Origin: Bacteroidia bacterium
Lineage (GTDB): Bacteria > Bacteroidota > Bacteroidia > AKYH767-A > OLB10
Length of the DNA stretch: 57,236 bases
NCBI GenBank assembly: GCA_038211525.1
Contig: JBBQVM010000001.1
Span: 1-57,236, forward strand
Direction of reading: 5' to 3'
The position numbers were made by a program, and so were the translations under genes. Under the pieces are notes generated by a model. That model did not search any database, was not told the DNA's origin, and worked only from the letters and a program-made list of their open reading frames with translations. Of this stretch, positions 1 through 10,698 are shown in pieces (the stretch's first letter is position 1; each line of letters begins with the position of its first letter).

Positions 1-1
1 C

Positions 2-2359
2 ATTAAAGGCATGACGAATTTTCCAATATTTTCGATCTATGAAAATAAAGATCACTCAATTTTATTAGGAAGTAACGATGCCATTTATAAAATTAAAGGA
101 CAAAATTTATTAGAAACCCAATCGATATTTTCAGGCGTTGATTCAAGAATTAGAAATATTTTCATTGATAAATATCAAAATTTATGGTTTAATATTTGGG
201 GAACCAAATCTATATATATGTTCTCTAATGGCATACTTATTAATGTTTCTGAAAATATGGCACTTAAAAATATTGCTATTTCAAGAATATTTTGTGATCG
301 TGATGGTAATATTTGGGTTGGTTCGTTAGGTAAAGGATTATATCTGTTTTCAAATTTATTTTTAACAAATTACATATCAAATAAAGAATCCATCGCATCA
401 GACTTGAAAAGGATAATTAAAACAAAAGATGGGAAATTATTAATTGGAACTAATGACGGCATTGCCTTATTAAATCCTAAAGTAAAAAAAATATGGTTTG
501 GAAAACAAATAAATGAAATTTCCCAATATGTAAGAGATATAATTTCTATTAATAACAATGAATTTGTATTCGCAATTACAGATACTAGACTAAAAAATCA
601 ACTAAAGCAATATTTTATTATACCAAATGAAAATTATAAAATTCGATATATTCATGCCAGTAGTTTATGGTCAGACTCGAGTCAAATTTGGATTGGCGAT
701 TGGGATTATTCGGTTTTCAATTGTCAATTGGGAGATATTCAGTATAACCGTCCAAAAATAAAACGCAATTCGTCTCTTTCGATAGGTCCGCCGCAAAATA
801 AAAGAATAAATTGTTTCTTTAGTGATCGATTCGATCGTATTTGGGTTGGAGGGCAGCAAGATTTGTTTATAAGCAATGTCGAATCCAAAAATTTGAACAT
901 TAACGAATTATGCAAAAATAAAGAAGTCTTCAAAATATCAAACATCGATAACAACAAAATTTTAATTGTCACTAATCAGGGGTTTCTAATAGTAACAGAT
1001 GATGCTGATCCGTCGAAGATAAAACCTGTTAAACAAGTGCAAATAGCCAATACTACCTGCGTTGCTAAAACAGGTGAAAATAGTTTTTTAGTTGGCACAA
1101 AAGCCGGATTAATTATTCTCAACAATGACCATCAAGAACTCCTGACAATAAATGATGGAATCCCTGGTGAAAGTATTAATGACATATATTTTGATGATAG
1201 TTCTCAAACTGCTTGGGTAGGTACTTCTGAAGGGATGATGGAATTTAATCTGGATAAATACAACAACCGATCAGGGATTTATCAAAATATTGACGAAATT
1301 ATTTTAAAACAAGGGAAAGATGTATTTGTGAACCCCAATAAACTGAATTTTAAATATAAACAAAATTCCTTTTCAGTAAATTATAAATCATTTAATTACG
1401 GCAACCCCGGCAGTATCAATTATAGGTATAAATTAGATGACAGCGAATGGATCGATGCTCCATCAACCGAATTACAATTTGCATCATTAAACCCCGGCGA
1501 ACACATAATGCAATTTTCTTCCTCTAATTCAAAGGGAACCTGGGGACCCACTAAAACAGTTGTTGTTGGAATTTCGCCGCCTTTCTACCGAACAATATGG
1601 TTTTATTTCGCCTCCTCATTAGCACTTCTTATTTTGGTCTACAGTATTGTCAAAATTCAAATTAGGAATGTTAAAAGAAAACAAAATGAAAAAGCGCTCC
1701 TCAACCAAAAAATAGTTGAACTGCAACAAAAAGCGCTTTCTAAAAATCTTAACCCCCATTTTATTTTTAATTCTTTAAATTCTATTCAGCATTTTATTAA
1801 TGCTCATAGTATAGCTGAAGCAAACGATTATCTGGCTCAATTCTCCAGGTTAATGAGATTGCAACTCAATATGGCCGATAAAAGCTTTATCCCATTGCAT
1901 GAAGAAGTGAGTAGACTGGAATTTTACCTGAGCCTTGAACAAATGAGGTTTGAAGATAAACTTACCTTCGAAATAAATATCGACCCAAATATCGATCCCT
2001 ATACTTTTGAAATTCCAAATATGATTATTCAACCTTTCGTTGAAAATTCAATATGGCATGGCATTATGCCTGCCAATCGATCCGGACACATTAAACTGAA
2101 TATTAATCTTGAACCTGGTGGTAATCTTATTATTGAAGTGTTTGATAATGGTGTTGGTTTAGATTACGTCAAACATAATAAGGATGATAAACACGTATCT
2201 AAAGGAATCAAATTAATAACGGAAAGGCTACAATTATATGATTCTGAGTCTATTGATGTCCTTACCTATCAAAAATTACAGCCTGGTACCGTTTTTAAAA
2301 TCACTATGACTCCAAAAATGTATCACTTGAATCGACAAATTCATACGATCCCTCAATAA
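2..2359 (+). CDS. Sensor histidine kinase, LytS/YehU type, with N-terminal two-component-regulator beta-propeller repeats and a Y_Y_Y domain; probably 5' partial
   Basis: The 782-aa ORF starts inside propeller-like repeats, and the frame is open back to base 2. It has one TM helix (WFYFASSLALLILVYSIV), the His_kinase motif NPHFIFNSLNSI, and an HATPase region (ENSIWHG, DNGVGL). Confidence 0.85.
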   Translation: MKGMTNFPIFSIYENKDHSILLGSNDAIYKIKGQNLLETQSIFSGVDSRIRNIFIDKYQNLWFNIWGTKSIYMFSNGILINVSENMALKNIAISRIFCDRDGNIWVGSLGKGLYLFSNLFLTNYISNKESIASDLKRIIKTKDGKLLIGTNDGIALLNPKVKKIWFGKQINEISQYVRDIISINNNEFVFAITDTRLKNQLKQYFIIPNENYKIRYIHASSLWSDSSQIWIGDWDYSVFNCQLGDIQYNRPKIKRNSSLSIGPPQNKRINCFFSDRFDRIWVGGQQDLFISNVESKNLNINELCKNKEVFKISNIDNNKILIVTNQGFLIVTDDADPSKIKPVKQVQIANTTCVAKTGENSFLVGTKAGLIILNNDHQELLTINDGIPGESINDIYFDDSSQTAWVGTSEGMMEFNLDKYNNRSGIYQNIDEIILKQGKDVFVNPNKLNFKYKQNSFSVNYKSFNYGNPGSINYRYKLDDSEWIDAPSTELQFASLNPGEHIMQFSSSNSKGTWGPTKTVVVGISPPFYRTIWFYFASSLALLILVYSIVKIQIRNVKRKQNEKALLNQKIVELQQKALSKNLNPHFIFNSLNSIQHFINAHSIAEANDYLAQFSRLMRLQLNMADKSFIPLHEEVSRLEFYLSLEQMRFEDKLTFEINIDPNIDPYTFEIPNMIIQPFVENSIWHGIMPANRSGHIKLNINLEPGGNLIIEVFDNGVGLDYVKHNKDDKHVSKGIKLITERLQLYDSESIDVLTYQKLQPGTVFKITMTPKMYHLNRQIHTIPQ

Positions 2360-2454
2360 ACACCCCCGTTCCCTCAATTAAAATGATAGTTACTACATTC
2401 ACTCTTGTCCGGGCATCCACTATTTTGTTGCTTTGATCGTGCGTGTTAATAGTA

Positions 2455-2492
2455 CCGGTGCTTCATCTTTTCACTCATGGCACCGTTTTTTT
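2455..2492 (+). terminator. Rho-independent terminator candidate downstream of the histidine kinase gene
   Basis: CGGTGC/GCACCG stem extended by CAT/ATG, followed by T7. Confidence 0.5.
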
Positions 2493-2508
2493 CTAACAAA
2501 TGCTTAAA

Positions 2509-2540
2509 AGAGTCAGTTCTACAGAACTGGCTCTTTTTTC
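2509..2540 (+). terminator. Rho-independent terminator (second of a tandem pair)
   Basis: 11-bp stem AGAGTCAGTTC/GAACTGGCTCT (one G-U pair), 4-nt loop, then TTTTT. Confidence 0.7.
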
Positions 2541-2770
2541 TTTTATCCCTTTTCTTCTAAAAATTTCACTTCGATTTTTGAACAGCTCCGATTAAATCGA
2601 AGGCACAAAATTGTCGTTCCCTCATTAAATCTACCCTCTCACTCAAAAATGTAGGTCATTGACTCATTCCTGGTTGGTAACATAAATCAACCTTCGTTTC
2701 TTTGACTTGTTCTTTTCAATTTGAAGCCCGGATGCAGCAAGTGACTTCATACTTTTCGAAAAGCTTTTCA

Positions 2771-2799
2771 ACCGCTCTCGGTATCCCACCGAGGGCGGT
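2771..2799. terminator. 12-bp stem hairpin downstream of rlmN; orientation ambiguous
   Basis: ACCGCTCTCGGT / ACCGAGGGCGGT with a 5-nt loop. The T-rich tail (TTTAGCTTTTT) is on the + strand. The hairpin lies 46 nt past the rlmN stop on the - strand. Confidence 0.5.
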
Positions 2800-2845
2800 T
2801 TAGCTTTTTAGGCTATAATGAAATTGATAGTAATTACAACCTCTT

Positions 2846-3895
2846 TCAACTTGTAACTTTATTCTTATTCGCCAATTGTCCACAGGCCGCGTCAATATCT
2901 TTTCCCCGTGAACGTCGTACATTAACAATAACATTTCGCTTTTCGAGAAACTCCCGAAACGCTTCAATTTTATCGTCTTTTGCATTTACAAAATCACCAC
3001 CTTCAATCGGGTTGTATTCAATTAGGTTTACTTTACAAGGAATTGCTTTGCAAAATTCGGCCAGTTCTCGGGCATCAGTAAGTTCGTCGTTAAAGCCATT
3101 AAAAACAATGTACTCATACGTTACCCGTGTTCCCGTTTTGTCGTAAAAATAACGAAGCGCTTCCTTCAATGCCGCTAGCGAGTTGTGTTCGTTAATGGGC
3201 ATTATTTTATTTCGCTTTTCGTCGTTAGCAGCGTGCAGCGATAATGCGAGATTAAATTTAACATCATCATCCCCTAGTTTCTTAATCATTTTAGCAATTC
3301 CTGCAGTCGACACCGTAATGCGCTTCGCGGCCATGCCCAAACCATCAGGAGATGTAATGCGTTCTATCGACTGAAGTACATTGTTGTAATTAAGCAACGG
3401 TTCGCCCATACCCATATATACGATGTTGCTGAGTGGGATAGAATAATTTTCTTCGGCTTGTTGTTTAATAATTGCAACCTGGTCATATATTTCAGCTGCA
3501 TCCAGATTTCGGATTCGTTCCAATTTTCCCGTTGCACAAAACTTACAGGTCAAACTACATCCAACCTGCGACGATACACATGCGGTCATACGTTCATCGG
3601 TAGGAATTAATACCCCTTCAATTAAAAAACCATCGTGTAACCGGAATCCGCTTTTGATGGTACGGTCCTTACTCACCTGGCTGGTTGCTACAGAAACCGG
3701 ATTCAATAAAAACTGTTGTTTTAATCTTTCCCGAAGTTCCTTCGACAAATTAGTCATTTCATCAAATGAACGTGCCGATTTCTGCCAAAGCCATTCATGC
3801 ACCTGTTTGGCACGAAACGATTTCTCACCCATTTCTTCAAACGAAGTGATTAATTCTGGCAACGAAAGTTTACGGATATCGGCTATGAGTACCAT
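2846..3895 (-). CDS. rlmN: 23S rRNA (adenine2503-C2)-methyltransferase, radical SAM
   Basis: CxxxCxxC cluster (CSLTCKFCATG), FRAKQVHEWLW N-terminus, GMGEPLLN, DIDAACGQL C-terminus. Start moved to the ATG at 3895; the tracked 446-aa ORF has a non-homologous 97-aa extension. Confidence 0.95.
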   Translation of the reverse strand: MVLIADIRKLSLPELITSFEEMGEKSFRAKQVHEWLWQKSARSFDEMTNLSKELRERLKQQFLLNPVSVATSQVSKDRTIKSGFRLHDGFLIEGVLIPTDERMTACVSSQVGCSLTCKFCATGKLERIRNLDAAEIYDQVAIIKQQAEENYSIPLSNIVYMGMGEPLLNYNNVLQSIERITSPDGLGMAAKRITVSTAGIAKMIKKLGDDDVKFNLALSLHAANDEKRNKIMPINEHNSLAALKEALRYFYDKTGTRVTYEYIVFNGFNDELTDARELAEFCKAIPCKVNLIEYNPIEGGDFVNAKDDKIEAFREFLEKRNVIVNVRRSRGKDIDAACGQLANKNKVTS

Positions 3896-3904
3896 TTGAT
3901 AGGG

Positions 3905-3912
3905 CAAAGATA
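3905..3912 (-). promoter_or_regulatory. Bacteroidota -7 box (TATCTTTG) for rlmN
   Basis: Exact TAnnTTTG match, 9 nt upstream of the ATG at 3895. Confidence 0.45.
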
Positions 3913-4022
3913 GCTCTTTTTCTTTATTGAGCTGTATTGTTTTGATAATCTGCCTCTTACAGTTCCAAAATTCTTGGTTTTGAACACATGAACCGTCCTT
4001 TAAAATTTCTGACCTTTGCGAG

Positions 4023-5189
4023 ATGCGTAAACTTACTGCCGATTTTATATTATCCCCCAACGGGGAACTAGTACGAAATAATATGCTGCTGATTTCCGAA
4101 ACGGGTAAAATTCTTGACCTGATAGAAGGCGCAACAGAAGATGTTGAATATTTTCCCGGCATCCTTTCTCCAGGCTTCATAAACACACATTGTCATCTTG
4201 AATTATCACATCTAAAAAATAGAATATCCCGCGGCACCAGGCTCCAGGGTTTTATTGAAGAAATTGTTCGTGTAAGAAGATCTGAAAAATCAGAGCCCTT
4301 TGCTGAAATTGAAGCTGCCGATAAATTCATGTGGGAAAATGGAATTCAAGCAGTCGGTGATATTTGTAACAATAATTTAACTTTTGCAATAAAAGAAAAT
4401 AGTAAAATTCGATATCATAGTTTTATTGAAATTTTTAATATGGCTTCCGCGGAAGCTGAAATAACTTTTAAAAAGGGACTTGATCTTTTGAACGAGGCCC
4501 ATAATGCTAACTTGAATGCATCACTGGTTCCACATGCGCCCTATTCTTCCTCCAATAAACTATTTGAGTTGATTCAACAGTATCATAACCTTAATCCTTC
4601 TTGCTGGAGTATCCATAACCAGGAGAGCTTATATGAATTGGAACTGTTTGAAAGTGGAAATGGAAAACTTTTTGAATTGTTCAGTAAAATGGGAAATGAT
4701 ATGTCCTCGTTTGTTCCAACTGGGTTGAGTTCATTAATATCAATGACGAATTTTTTTCCAAGTACTTCTAATCTATTATTGGTGCACAATACTTATACCG
4801 GCATCAATGATCTTCTCTATTTGAAAAAAAATAATTTTTTTGAACGAGGTTGGTTTAGTATTTGTGGAAAAGCCAATTTATTTATTGAGGAATTGTTACC
4901 AGATTTAAATCTCCTTGTTGAACAAAATTGTAAAATTACAATAGGAACCGATAGTCTTGCTTCTAACGATTCTCTTTCTGTATTAGACGAACTTAAAGTG
5001 ATTCAAAATGCATTTCCAACACTAAAAACCAACGAGCTGTTAACTTTTGCAACGAAAAATGGAGCACAATATTTTAGATGGGAGGATCTTGGTTCATTCA
5101 AAAAAAATACGTCCCCAGGTATTATTCAAATTACTGACGCCGATTCAGAACATTTTGGAGTAGATAGTCACGTTATAAGAATAATTTAA
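4023..5189 (+). CDS. Amidohydrolase family protein (metal-dependent deaminase/chlorohydrolase-like)
   Basis: GFINTHCHLELS HxH metal motif near the N-terminus; length is typical of the family. Confidence 0.8.
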   Translation: MRKLTADFILSPNGELVRNNMLLISETGKILDLIEGATEDVEYFPGILSPGFINTHCHLELSHLKNRISRGTRLQGFIEEIVRVRRSEKSEPFAEIEAADKFMWENGIQAVGDICNNNLTFAIKENSKIRYHSFIEIFNMASAEAEITFKKGLDLLNEAHNANLNASLVPHAPYSSSNKLFELIQQYHNLNPSCWSIHNQESLYELELFESGNGKLFELFSKMGNDMSSFVPTGLSSLISMTNFFPSTSNLLLVHNTYTGINDLLYLKKNNFFERGWFSICGKANLFIEELLPDLNLLVEQNCKITIGTDSLASNDSLSVLDELKVIQNAFPTLKTNELLTFATKNGAQYFRWEDLGSFKKNTSPGIIQITDADSEHFGVDSHVIRII

Positions 5190-5195
5190 CCAGTA

Positions 5196-5594
5196 TTAAA
5201 TTAAAAATCTATCGTTCCATTTTTTTTGGGGAACCATGCACTCGTCACTTTTACCAAAAATTCGGTACCTGTTTTTTGCAACAATTGAATATATCCGATT
5301 ACTAAAAAATGAAGGTACTAATCTAAAAATCATAGCTCCTTTCCATGGGTATTTTAAATGAGCAACAATTTTAAAAATAGCTTCACTTTTCTCAAATAGT
5401 TTGCCATTTTCAATAACTGCCAAACTATTAAATCCATTGTTTGCTAATTCGTATTCTTTTGCCAATTTTTGACCGTTACCGGATTGCAAAGCGCAAAAAT
5501 GTATTTCGCTATCCTTCTCATGTAACAAAATAAAAGTCACCAGCCCATTGCATAAATTACAAACTCCATCAAAAAGTAAAATAGGTTGATTCAT
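5196..5594 (-). CDS. Thiol-disulfide oxidoreductase, DCC family (DUF393)
   Basis: FDGVCNLCNG motif at the N-terminus; about 130 aa. Confidence 0.85.
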   Translation of the reverse strand: MNQPILLFDGVCNLCNGLVTFILLHEKDSEIHFCALQSGNGQKLAKEYELANNGFNSLAVIENGKLFEKSEAIFKIVAHLKYPWKGAMIFRLVPSFFSNRIYSIVAKNRYRIFGKSDECMVPQKKWNDRFLI

Positions 5595-5627
5595 AATAAT
5601 ATGATAAATAACTTGGACTAAATTCGT

Positions 5628-6194
5628 TTACCAATCATCCTTTTTATCTTTAATTATTGTTTTCATATTTTTTTCAAGTGATGCAATAATTTCTTTTATT
5701 TTTAAATCTGTTTCTTGCAGGTAATAAGAATAAGATGGATTAAAAGATGGTGAAGTAGTATCTTTCCAACGCTCAATCGGAAAATAAGATTTTTGTTGCC
5801 AATTTATTTTAGTAATTTCATATTTATATTTTCCATCCTTTAACCCAATAGACAGGCTGTACATTACATCTCCTGCTGCAGTAACGACTCCTTTTTTATC
5901 GGCTTCATTGAAAATTTTAAATCTGGCTTTGATCAAAATATTTCCTGTTTCTGGATTTTTTTCTCTTAGTACATCGGCTGGATTTTTAAAATAAAAGTTT
6001 ACCCAGGCAATAACATTTGAGTATAATTCATCCTTGCTTTTCCCTGCAACTTCCTCTACATTCGTATAAGAATACAAACCGGTTGATGCATCGGTAGGAA
6101 GGTCGGGGAAAGTGATAGGTTGTTTAGTTTTTTGTGCTGCAGAGGGCATAACATAGGAAATACTGCATAGCAGTATAATTAAGAAATTCTTCAT
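5628..6194 (-). CDS. Secreted DUF4468-like protein
   Basis: Signal peptide; overall resemblance to the Bacteroidota DUF4468 family. Recognised from memory only. Confidence 0.55.
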   Translation of the reverse strand: MKNFLIILLCSISYVMPSAAQKTKQPITFPDLPTDASTGLYSYTNVEEVAGKSKDELYSNVIAWVNFYFKNPADVLREKNPETGNILIKARFKIFNEADKKGVVTAAGDVMYSLSIGLKDGKYKYEITKINWQQKSYFPIERWKDTTSPSFNPSYSYYLQETDLKIKEIIASLEKNMKTIIKDKKDDW

Positions 6195-6265
6195 AGGATA
6201 ACGAGTAATTAAAATACTATGTAAAAATAACGGTTTTTAACTAAGAAAAGTGTGAATTCCGATAA

Positions 6266-7864
6266 TCAAACTTTCACCTTAATTTTCAACTTAGTGCCGG
6301 GTTTAAGGCTCTTTGAATTGGAAATATTATTAACTCTTTTTAAGTCTTCCACTGAAATTCCCTGGTAATGTTGTGCAATACTCCATAAAGTATCGCCCGG
6401 TTGAACCACATGAATTACATACTTATTGGGAGATGAAACAGGTGATTTGGAAGCCGCTGCAGGTTTAGTTTTTATGGTGGTTGCTTTTGCGGTTTGCTTA
6501 ACGGTTTGACTTTTTTGAGCAAGTTCTTTTTCTGCAGAATCAGTTATGTTTTCAGATAATTGAACGGCATTATCATCAGCCTCAGGAAGTGTTTCATCCT
6601 CATTATCTAAAACATCAGGATTTTTAACAGCTACTTTTTTCGGAACATTTACATATACGAAAAGGCGTTGCCCTTTATAAATTTTATTCGAATGAAGTTT
6701 ATTCCAATTCTTCACCTGTTGATAGGAAGAACTATATTTTTGAGCTATAGAAGATAAGGTTTCTCCACCTTTAACTGTGTGTGCCCTACGTTGTTTTGTC
6801 CAAACTGTTTTGTAGGTAACATTGCTATCCGCTTCAGCCAAAGCTTCATCTTTAATCGGATCATTAACTATTGATTTCTTTGCAATTGGACCACCTGAAC
6901 TTGGTGTCATTGGACCACAGCCTATTCTTTCATAATAGGAATTCAACATTGAGGCAACAATTTCGTTTCGCAAATAAGGTTGATCAACGCCCAGTACAAT
7001 ACTAATCATGCGGTGTCCCTCTTTTTTAGCTGTTGCTACGAGGCAAAATTTTGCTCTTTTAGTATAGCCTGTCTTTAATCCATCAACATCATTTTCATAA
7101 TCAATGACTAAATGATTGTGGTTTCTGAAAATGCCATTCCTTTTGTCATTACTTACTTCAGCATAACCAATGGATGTTATTTTTAATATCTCTTCATACT
7201 TTATTAATTCCAGTGCAAGTAAAAGCAAATCATGTGGTGATGCGCTGTTGTCGGCCTCCTTCACAGCAGCTGGTAATCCGGAAGGGTTTGAATAAAAAGT
7301 GTTTTTCATGTTTAATGATGCCGCCTTGGCATTCATTCTATTCACGAAAGTAGGAATATCAGGACAAAGGTATTGTGCAATATCTGCACAAGCCTGGTTA
7401 TTGGAAGGAATCATCGCCAGTTGCACTAACGATTCAAGGCTATATGTTTCAGTGGTTTTGTAAACACTGCGGCTCTTCCTGCTTTTCCTGTAAACCCTTT
7501 CCACATGAACTTCGTTCGACCAATCTACCTTACCCGATTTAATATCTTCAATAGCAAGTAAGGCTACCATCATTTTTGTTAATGATGCAATTGGGTAGGC
7601 ATAGTACATGTCTTTTTGCCAAACAATTGCTCCTCGTTCAGCATCATACAATAAACCAGCACGGATTTCATTTTCACGTAATACCAGATCGCCAATAGTA
7701 TCAACAACAAAATCATTCTTATCATTCAATGCTGAATCATGTCCATACTGAATGGCAAGAACCGTGTCTGAAAGTTCCTGTGCAATGGCTCCTCCGCGAT
7801 TACATGTCAGAAACAATATAACCGGGATCACTAAGAAATATTTGACTCTTTTTCCGATCTCCAT
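6266..7864 (-). CDS. D-alanyl-D-alanine carboxypeptidase (peptidase S11) with two C-terminal LysM domains
   Basis: SxxK (ASLTKMM), SNN and KTG motifs; two LysM repeats (GETLSSIAQKY, GDTLWSIAQHY). Start set at the ATG of MEIGKR, which precedes the signal/TM segment. Confidence 0.85.
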   Translation of the reverse strand: MEIGKRVKYFLVIPVILFLTCNRGGAIAQELSDTVLAIQYGHDSALNDKNDFVVDTIGDLVLRENEIRAGLLYDAERGAIVWQKDMYYAYPIASLTKMMVALLAIEDIKSGKVDWSNEVHVERVYRKSRKSRSVYKTTETYSLESLVQLAMIPSNNQACADIAQYLCPDIPTFVNRMNAKAASLNMKNTFYSNPSGLPAAVKEADNSASPHDLLLLALELIKYEEILKITSIGYAEVSNDKRNGIFRNHNHLVIDYENDVDGLKTGYTKRAKFCLVATAKKEGHRMISIVLGVDQPYLRNEIVASMLNSYYERIGCGPMTPSSGGPIAKKSIVNDPIKDEALAEADSNVTYKTVWTKQRRAHTVKGGETLSSIAQKYSSSYQQVKNWNKLHSNKIYKGQRLFVYVNVPKKVAVKNPDVLDNEDETLPEADDNAVQLSENITDSAEKELAQKSQTVKQTAKATTIKTKPAAASKSPVSSPNKYVIHVVQPGDTLWSIAQHYQGISVEDLKRVNNISNSKSLKPGTKLKIKVKV

Positions 7865-8063
7865 TTTCTCCGTCTCAGTGTGCAAGATTAACAAAAGATC
7901 ACTGGTAGTTGTGCAATGAATACCAATGTCTTACTAACATTACAATGTTTAAATCATTCCATGACTTAAACGTTAATCTATTTACGGAATTAAACTGAAA
8001 ACGTTTCCTATACAACAAAAGTACTTAGCCAAGATGAAAAAAGGGTGATATTTCAGTCAAATA

Positions 8064-8732
8064 TTACATTTCACCGGCGCCCATCAGGATTTCAGCAAGT
8101 GAAATATCTTCTTTAAAGGTGATTTTAATATTGCTGATTTCACCCTCAACCAGATTAATTTGACCGCCTTCAAAGTCAATCACCCCTGCATCATCGGTAA
8201 ATTCTTGGCCATCAGTATGTTCATATGCAGTTTTAATGATTTGCAAGTCAAAGCATTGTGGTGTTTGGACGCTAACAAAGTCCTCCCTGTTTACCGAAAT
8301 ACTTCCTTCGCCTATCCTTTGTCGAAGTGAGTCTTTAACAGCAATAGCAGGTATTGCATTGCCTTTTGAAGCTGCTTCATTAAATAATTTTGTAATCAAC
8401 TTTTTTGAAACTAAGGGCCTTACTGCATCATGGATAGCAACTATTCCTGGCTCTGAGATCGATTTCAGCCCGTTATTGACTGATTGGGTTCTTGTTAACC
8501 CTCCTTCCACAAGTTGAATTTTTAAATTAAAATTATGTGATTCACAAAGTTGGTTCCAATAAGTAATGTGTGAACCGGGCAAAACCAGGATAATTTCATC
8601 AACAAGACCTTCAAATTTTAAAATGGTATGAAACAATACCGGGATTCCATGGAGTGGCAAAAATTGTTTTGGAATTCCCGCGCCCATGCGAGCTCCATTT
8701 CCTCCAGCAACAATTACTGCAAATTTTTTCAA
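8064..8732 (-). CDS. ispD: 2-C-methyl-D-erythritol 4-phosphate cytidylyltransferase
   Basis: AVIVAGGNGARMG...PKQFL N-terminal motif; 222 aa. Confidence 0.93.
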   Translation of the reverse strand: MKKFAVIVAGGNGARMGAGIPKQFLPLHGIPVLFHTILKFEGLVDEIILVLPGSHITYWNQLCESHNFNLKIQLVEGGLTRTQSVNNGLKSISEPGIVAIHDAVRPLVSKKLITKLFNEAASKGNAIPAIAVKDSLRQRIGEGSISVNREDFVSVQTPQCFDLQIIKTAYEHTDGQEFTDDAGVIDFEGGQINLVEGEISNIKITFKEDISLAEILMGAGEM

Positions 8733-8782
8733 GATAACTCTGAATGGATAAATCTAAAGATTTACCGAAGGTAAAAAAATGA

Positions 8783-9832
8783 TTATAGAATCAGCATCGC
8801 ATCGCCATAGCTGAAAAATCTGTATTTCTCTTTTATAGCAACTTTATAGGCATGCATAATCAAATCATAACCACCAAATGCTGCCGTCATCATTAATAAG
8901 GTTGATTCCGGCATGTGAAAGTTGGTAATCATACAATTGGCAACGCTAAAATCGTACGGCGGGAAAATAAATTTATTGGTCCAACCTTGAGCAGGCTTTA
9001 ATTCACCTGTTGTTGAAACTGAAGATTCTACTGCACGCATACTGGTAGTTCCTACAGCACAAATTTTCTTTTTCTGTAATCGAGCTTTGTTAACAGTATC
9101 TACAGCATCATTTGAAATTATAAATTGCTCAGAATCCATCTTATGCTTAGTAAGATCTTCCACTTCAACAGGTCGGAATGTACCCAAACCAACGTGCAAA
9201 GTAACTTCTGCCATGTGCACACCTTTTAATTCAAGACGTTTTAAAAGTTCCCGACTAAAATGCAATCCTGCAGTTGGTGCTGCAACAGCTCCCTCGTGTT
9301 TCGCATATACTGTCTGGTAACGTTCTTTATCTGCGGGCTCTGCTTTGCGCTTGATGTATTTTGGTAAAGGAGTATGTCCTAATGTCTCAATAGTTTTGCG
9401 AAACTCTTCTGGGGTGCCATCGAAAAGAAAACGCAAGGTGCGTCCGCGAGATGTAGTATTATCAATCACCTCTGCAACCAGCATATCATTTTCACCAAAA
9501 TAGAGTTTATTTCCTATCCTAATTTTGCGTGCAGGATCAACAAGTACATCCCATAATTTGCTATCGCGATTTAATTCACGAAGTAAAAAAACTTCAATTT
9601 TAGCTCCTGTTTTTTCCTTGTTGCCATATAACCTTGCCGGGAAAACACGGGTGTTGTTCAAAATAAAAACATCATCTTCACCAAAATAGTTAATGATGTC
9701 TTTAAACGTCTTATGTTCTATTTTACCCGTCTTGCGATCCACAATCATTAATCGTGATTCATCCCGGCTGGCAGCAGGGTGAGTGGCAAGCATATTTTCA
9801 CTGATATTGAACTTGAATTGTGAAAGTTTCAT
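8783..9832 (-). CDS. queA: S-adenosylmethionine:tRNA ribosyltransferase-isomerase
   Basis: Full-length QueA-like sequence (PTAGLHF, GTTSMR motifs); 349 aa. Confidence 0.95.
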   Translation of the reverse strand: MKLSQFKFNISENMLATHPAASRDESRLMIVDRKTGKIEHKTFKDIINYFGEDDVFILNNTRVFPARLYGNKEKTGAKIEVFLLRELNRDSKLWDVLVDPARKIRIGNKLYFGENDMLVAEVIDNTTSRGRTLRFLFDGTPEEFRKTIETLGHTPLPKYIKRKAEPADKERYQTVYAKHEGAVAAPTAGLHFSRELLKRLELKGVHMAEVTLHVGLGTFRPVEVEDLTKHKMDSEQFIISNDAVDTVNKARLQKKKICAVGTTSMRAVESSVSTTGELKPAQGWTNKFIFPPYDFSVANCMITNFHMPESTLLMMTAAFGGYDLIMHAYKVAIKEKYRFFSYGDAMLIL

Positions 9833-9877
9833 AATGTTAGATTAAAGATAATTTACGGATTTCTTTATATCGGGGTG

Positions 9878-9885
9878 CAAAGATA
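9878..9885 (-). promoter_or_regulatory. -7 box (TATCTTTG) upstream of queA
   Basis: Exact TAnnTTTG match, 46 nt upstream of the ATG. Confidence 0.4.
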
Positions 9886-10002
9886 GTGCATGAATGACCG
9901 ATTTCGACTAAAGACGTCTAATTAATTGACAAAGAGTCCATCTTGTAAGAGAAATTCTACAAGTTATTAGATAAAAAGCATAAGCAATAAAAGGATTGAG
10001 GT

Positions 10003-10698
10003 TTAACCTCCTAATTCATTAATCTTCTGGTCTTCAATCATTTTAATGAATGCACTTAAATCCCATGCCTTACTCAATTCAAACTCCCCAATCCTGGTTC
10101 TTACTAAAGATTCTAAACAGGCTCCTGAGTTAAGCGCTTTCCCAAAATCATGCGCAACAGAACGAATATAGGTTCCTTTACTACAAACTATTCTGAATGA
10201 AACCACCGGAAGTTGAATATTGGTAATTTCAAATTCCTTTATCTCCACCTCTCTTATTTTTACCGCCACTTCTTCTCCTTTGCGCGCTAACTGATAAGCC
10301 CGCTTTCCACCAATTTTCACAGCCGAATGTGGCGGTGGAAATTGGGTGATATTTCCGGTAAATTGTGCGACTGTTTTAAAGATCACTGTTTCATCAATGT
10401 GATCAACCGCAAAAGTAGCATTCACAGGTTGTTCCATATCATAAGAAGCGGTGGTAATTCCTAGTCGAAAAGTGCCGGTATATTCTTTTTCTTTTCCCTG
10501 GTACAAATCAATTTGCTTGGTCATTTTACCGGTGCAAATAATCAATAATCCGGTGGCAAGGGGGTCCAACGTGCCGGCATGCCCCACTTTACTGGCTTTT
10601 ATTAAACCTTTAACTTTTTTTACCAGGTCAAAGGAGGTCCATTTTAACGGTTTGTTGAAAAGCAGCACCTCTCCCTTTTCGAAATCCATATTGATCAA
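10003..10698 (-). CDS. truB: tRNA pseudouridine(55) synthase
   Basis: [14 protein letters not shown] catalytic motif. Overlaps uppP by 4 nt. Confidence 0.95.
   Translation of the reverse strand: MINMDFEKGEVLLFNKPLKWTSFDLVKKVKGLIKASKVGHAGTLDPLATGLLIICTGKMTKQIDLYQGKEKEYTGTFRLGITTASYDMEQPVNATFAVDHIDETVIFKTVAQFTGNITQFPPPHSAVKIGGKRAYQLARKGEEVAVKIREVEIKEFEITNIQLPVVSFRIVCSKGTYIRSVAHDFGKALNSGACLESLVRTRIGEFELSKAWDLSAFIKMIEDQKINELGG

Noticed and set aside
3896-4186. 97-aa N-terminal extension of the tracked rlmN ORF, overlapping the amidohydrolase start
   Set aside because: RlmN homology begins at MVLIADIRKL (ATG 3895). An exact -7 box lies at 3905-3912, inside the extension, which is S/R-rich and non-homologous.
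9851-9862. Single TTACGGATTT heptamer-like match upstream of queA, as another member of the repeat family
   Set aside because: Only one heptamer is present. A 7-9-nt match is expected by chance several times in 57 kb.
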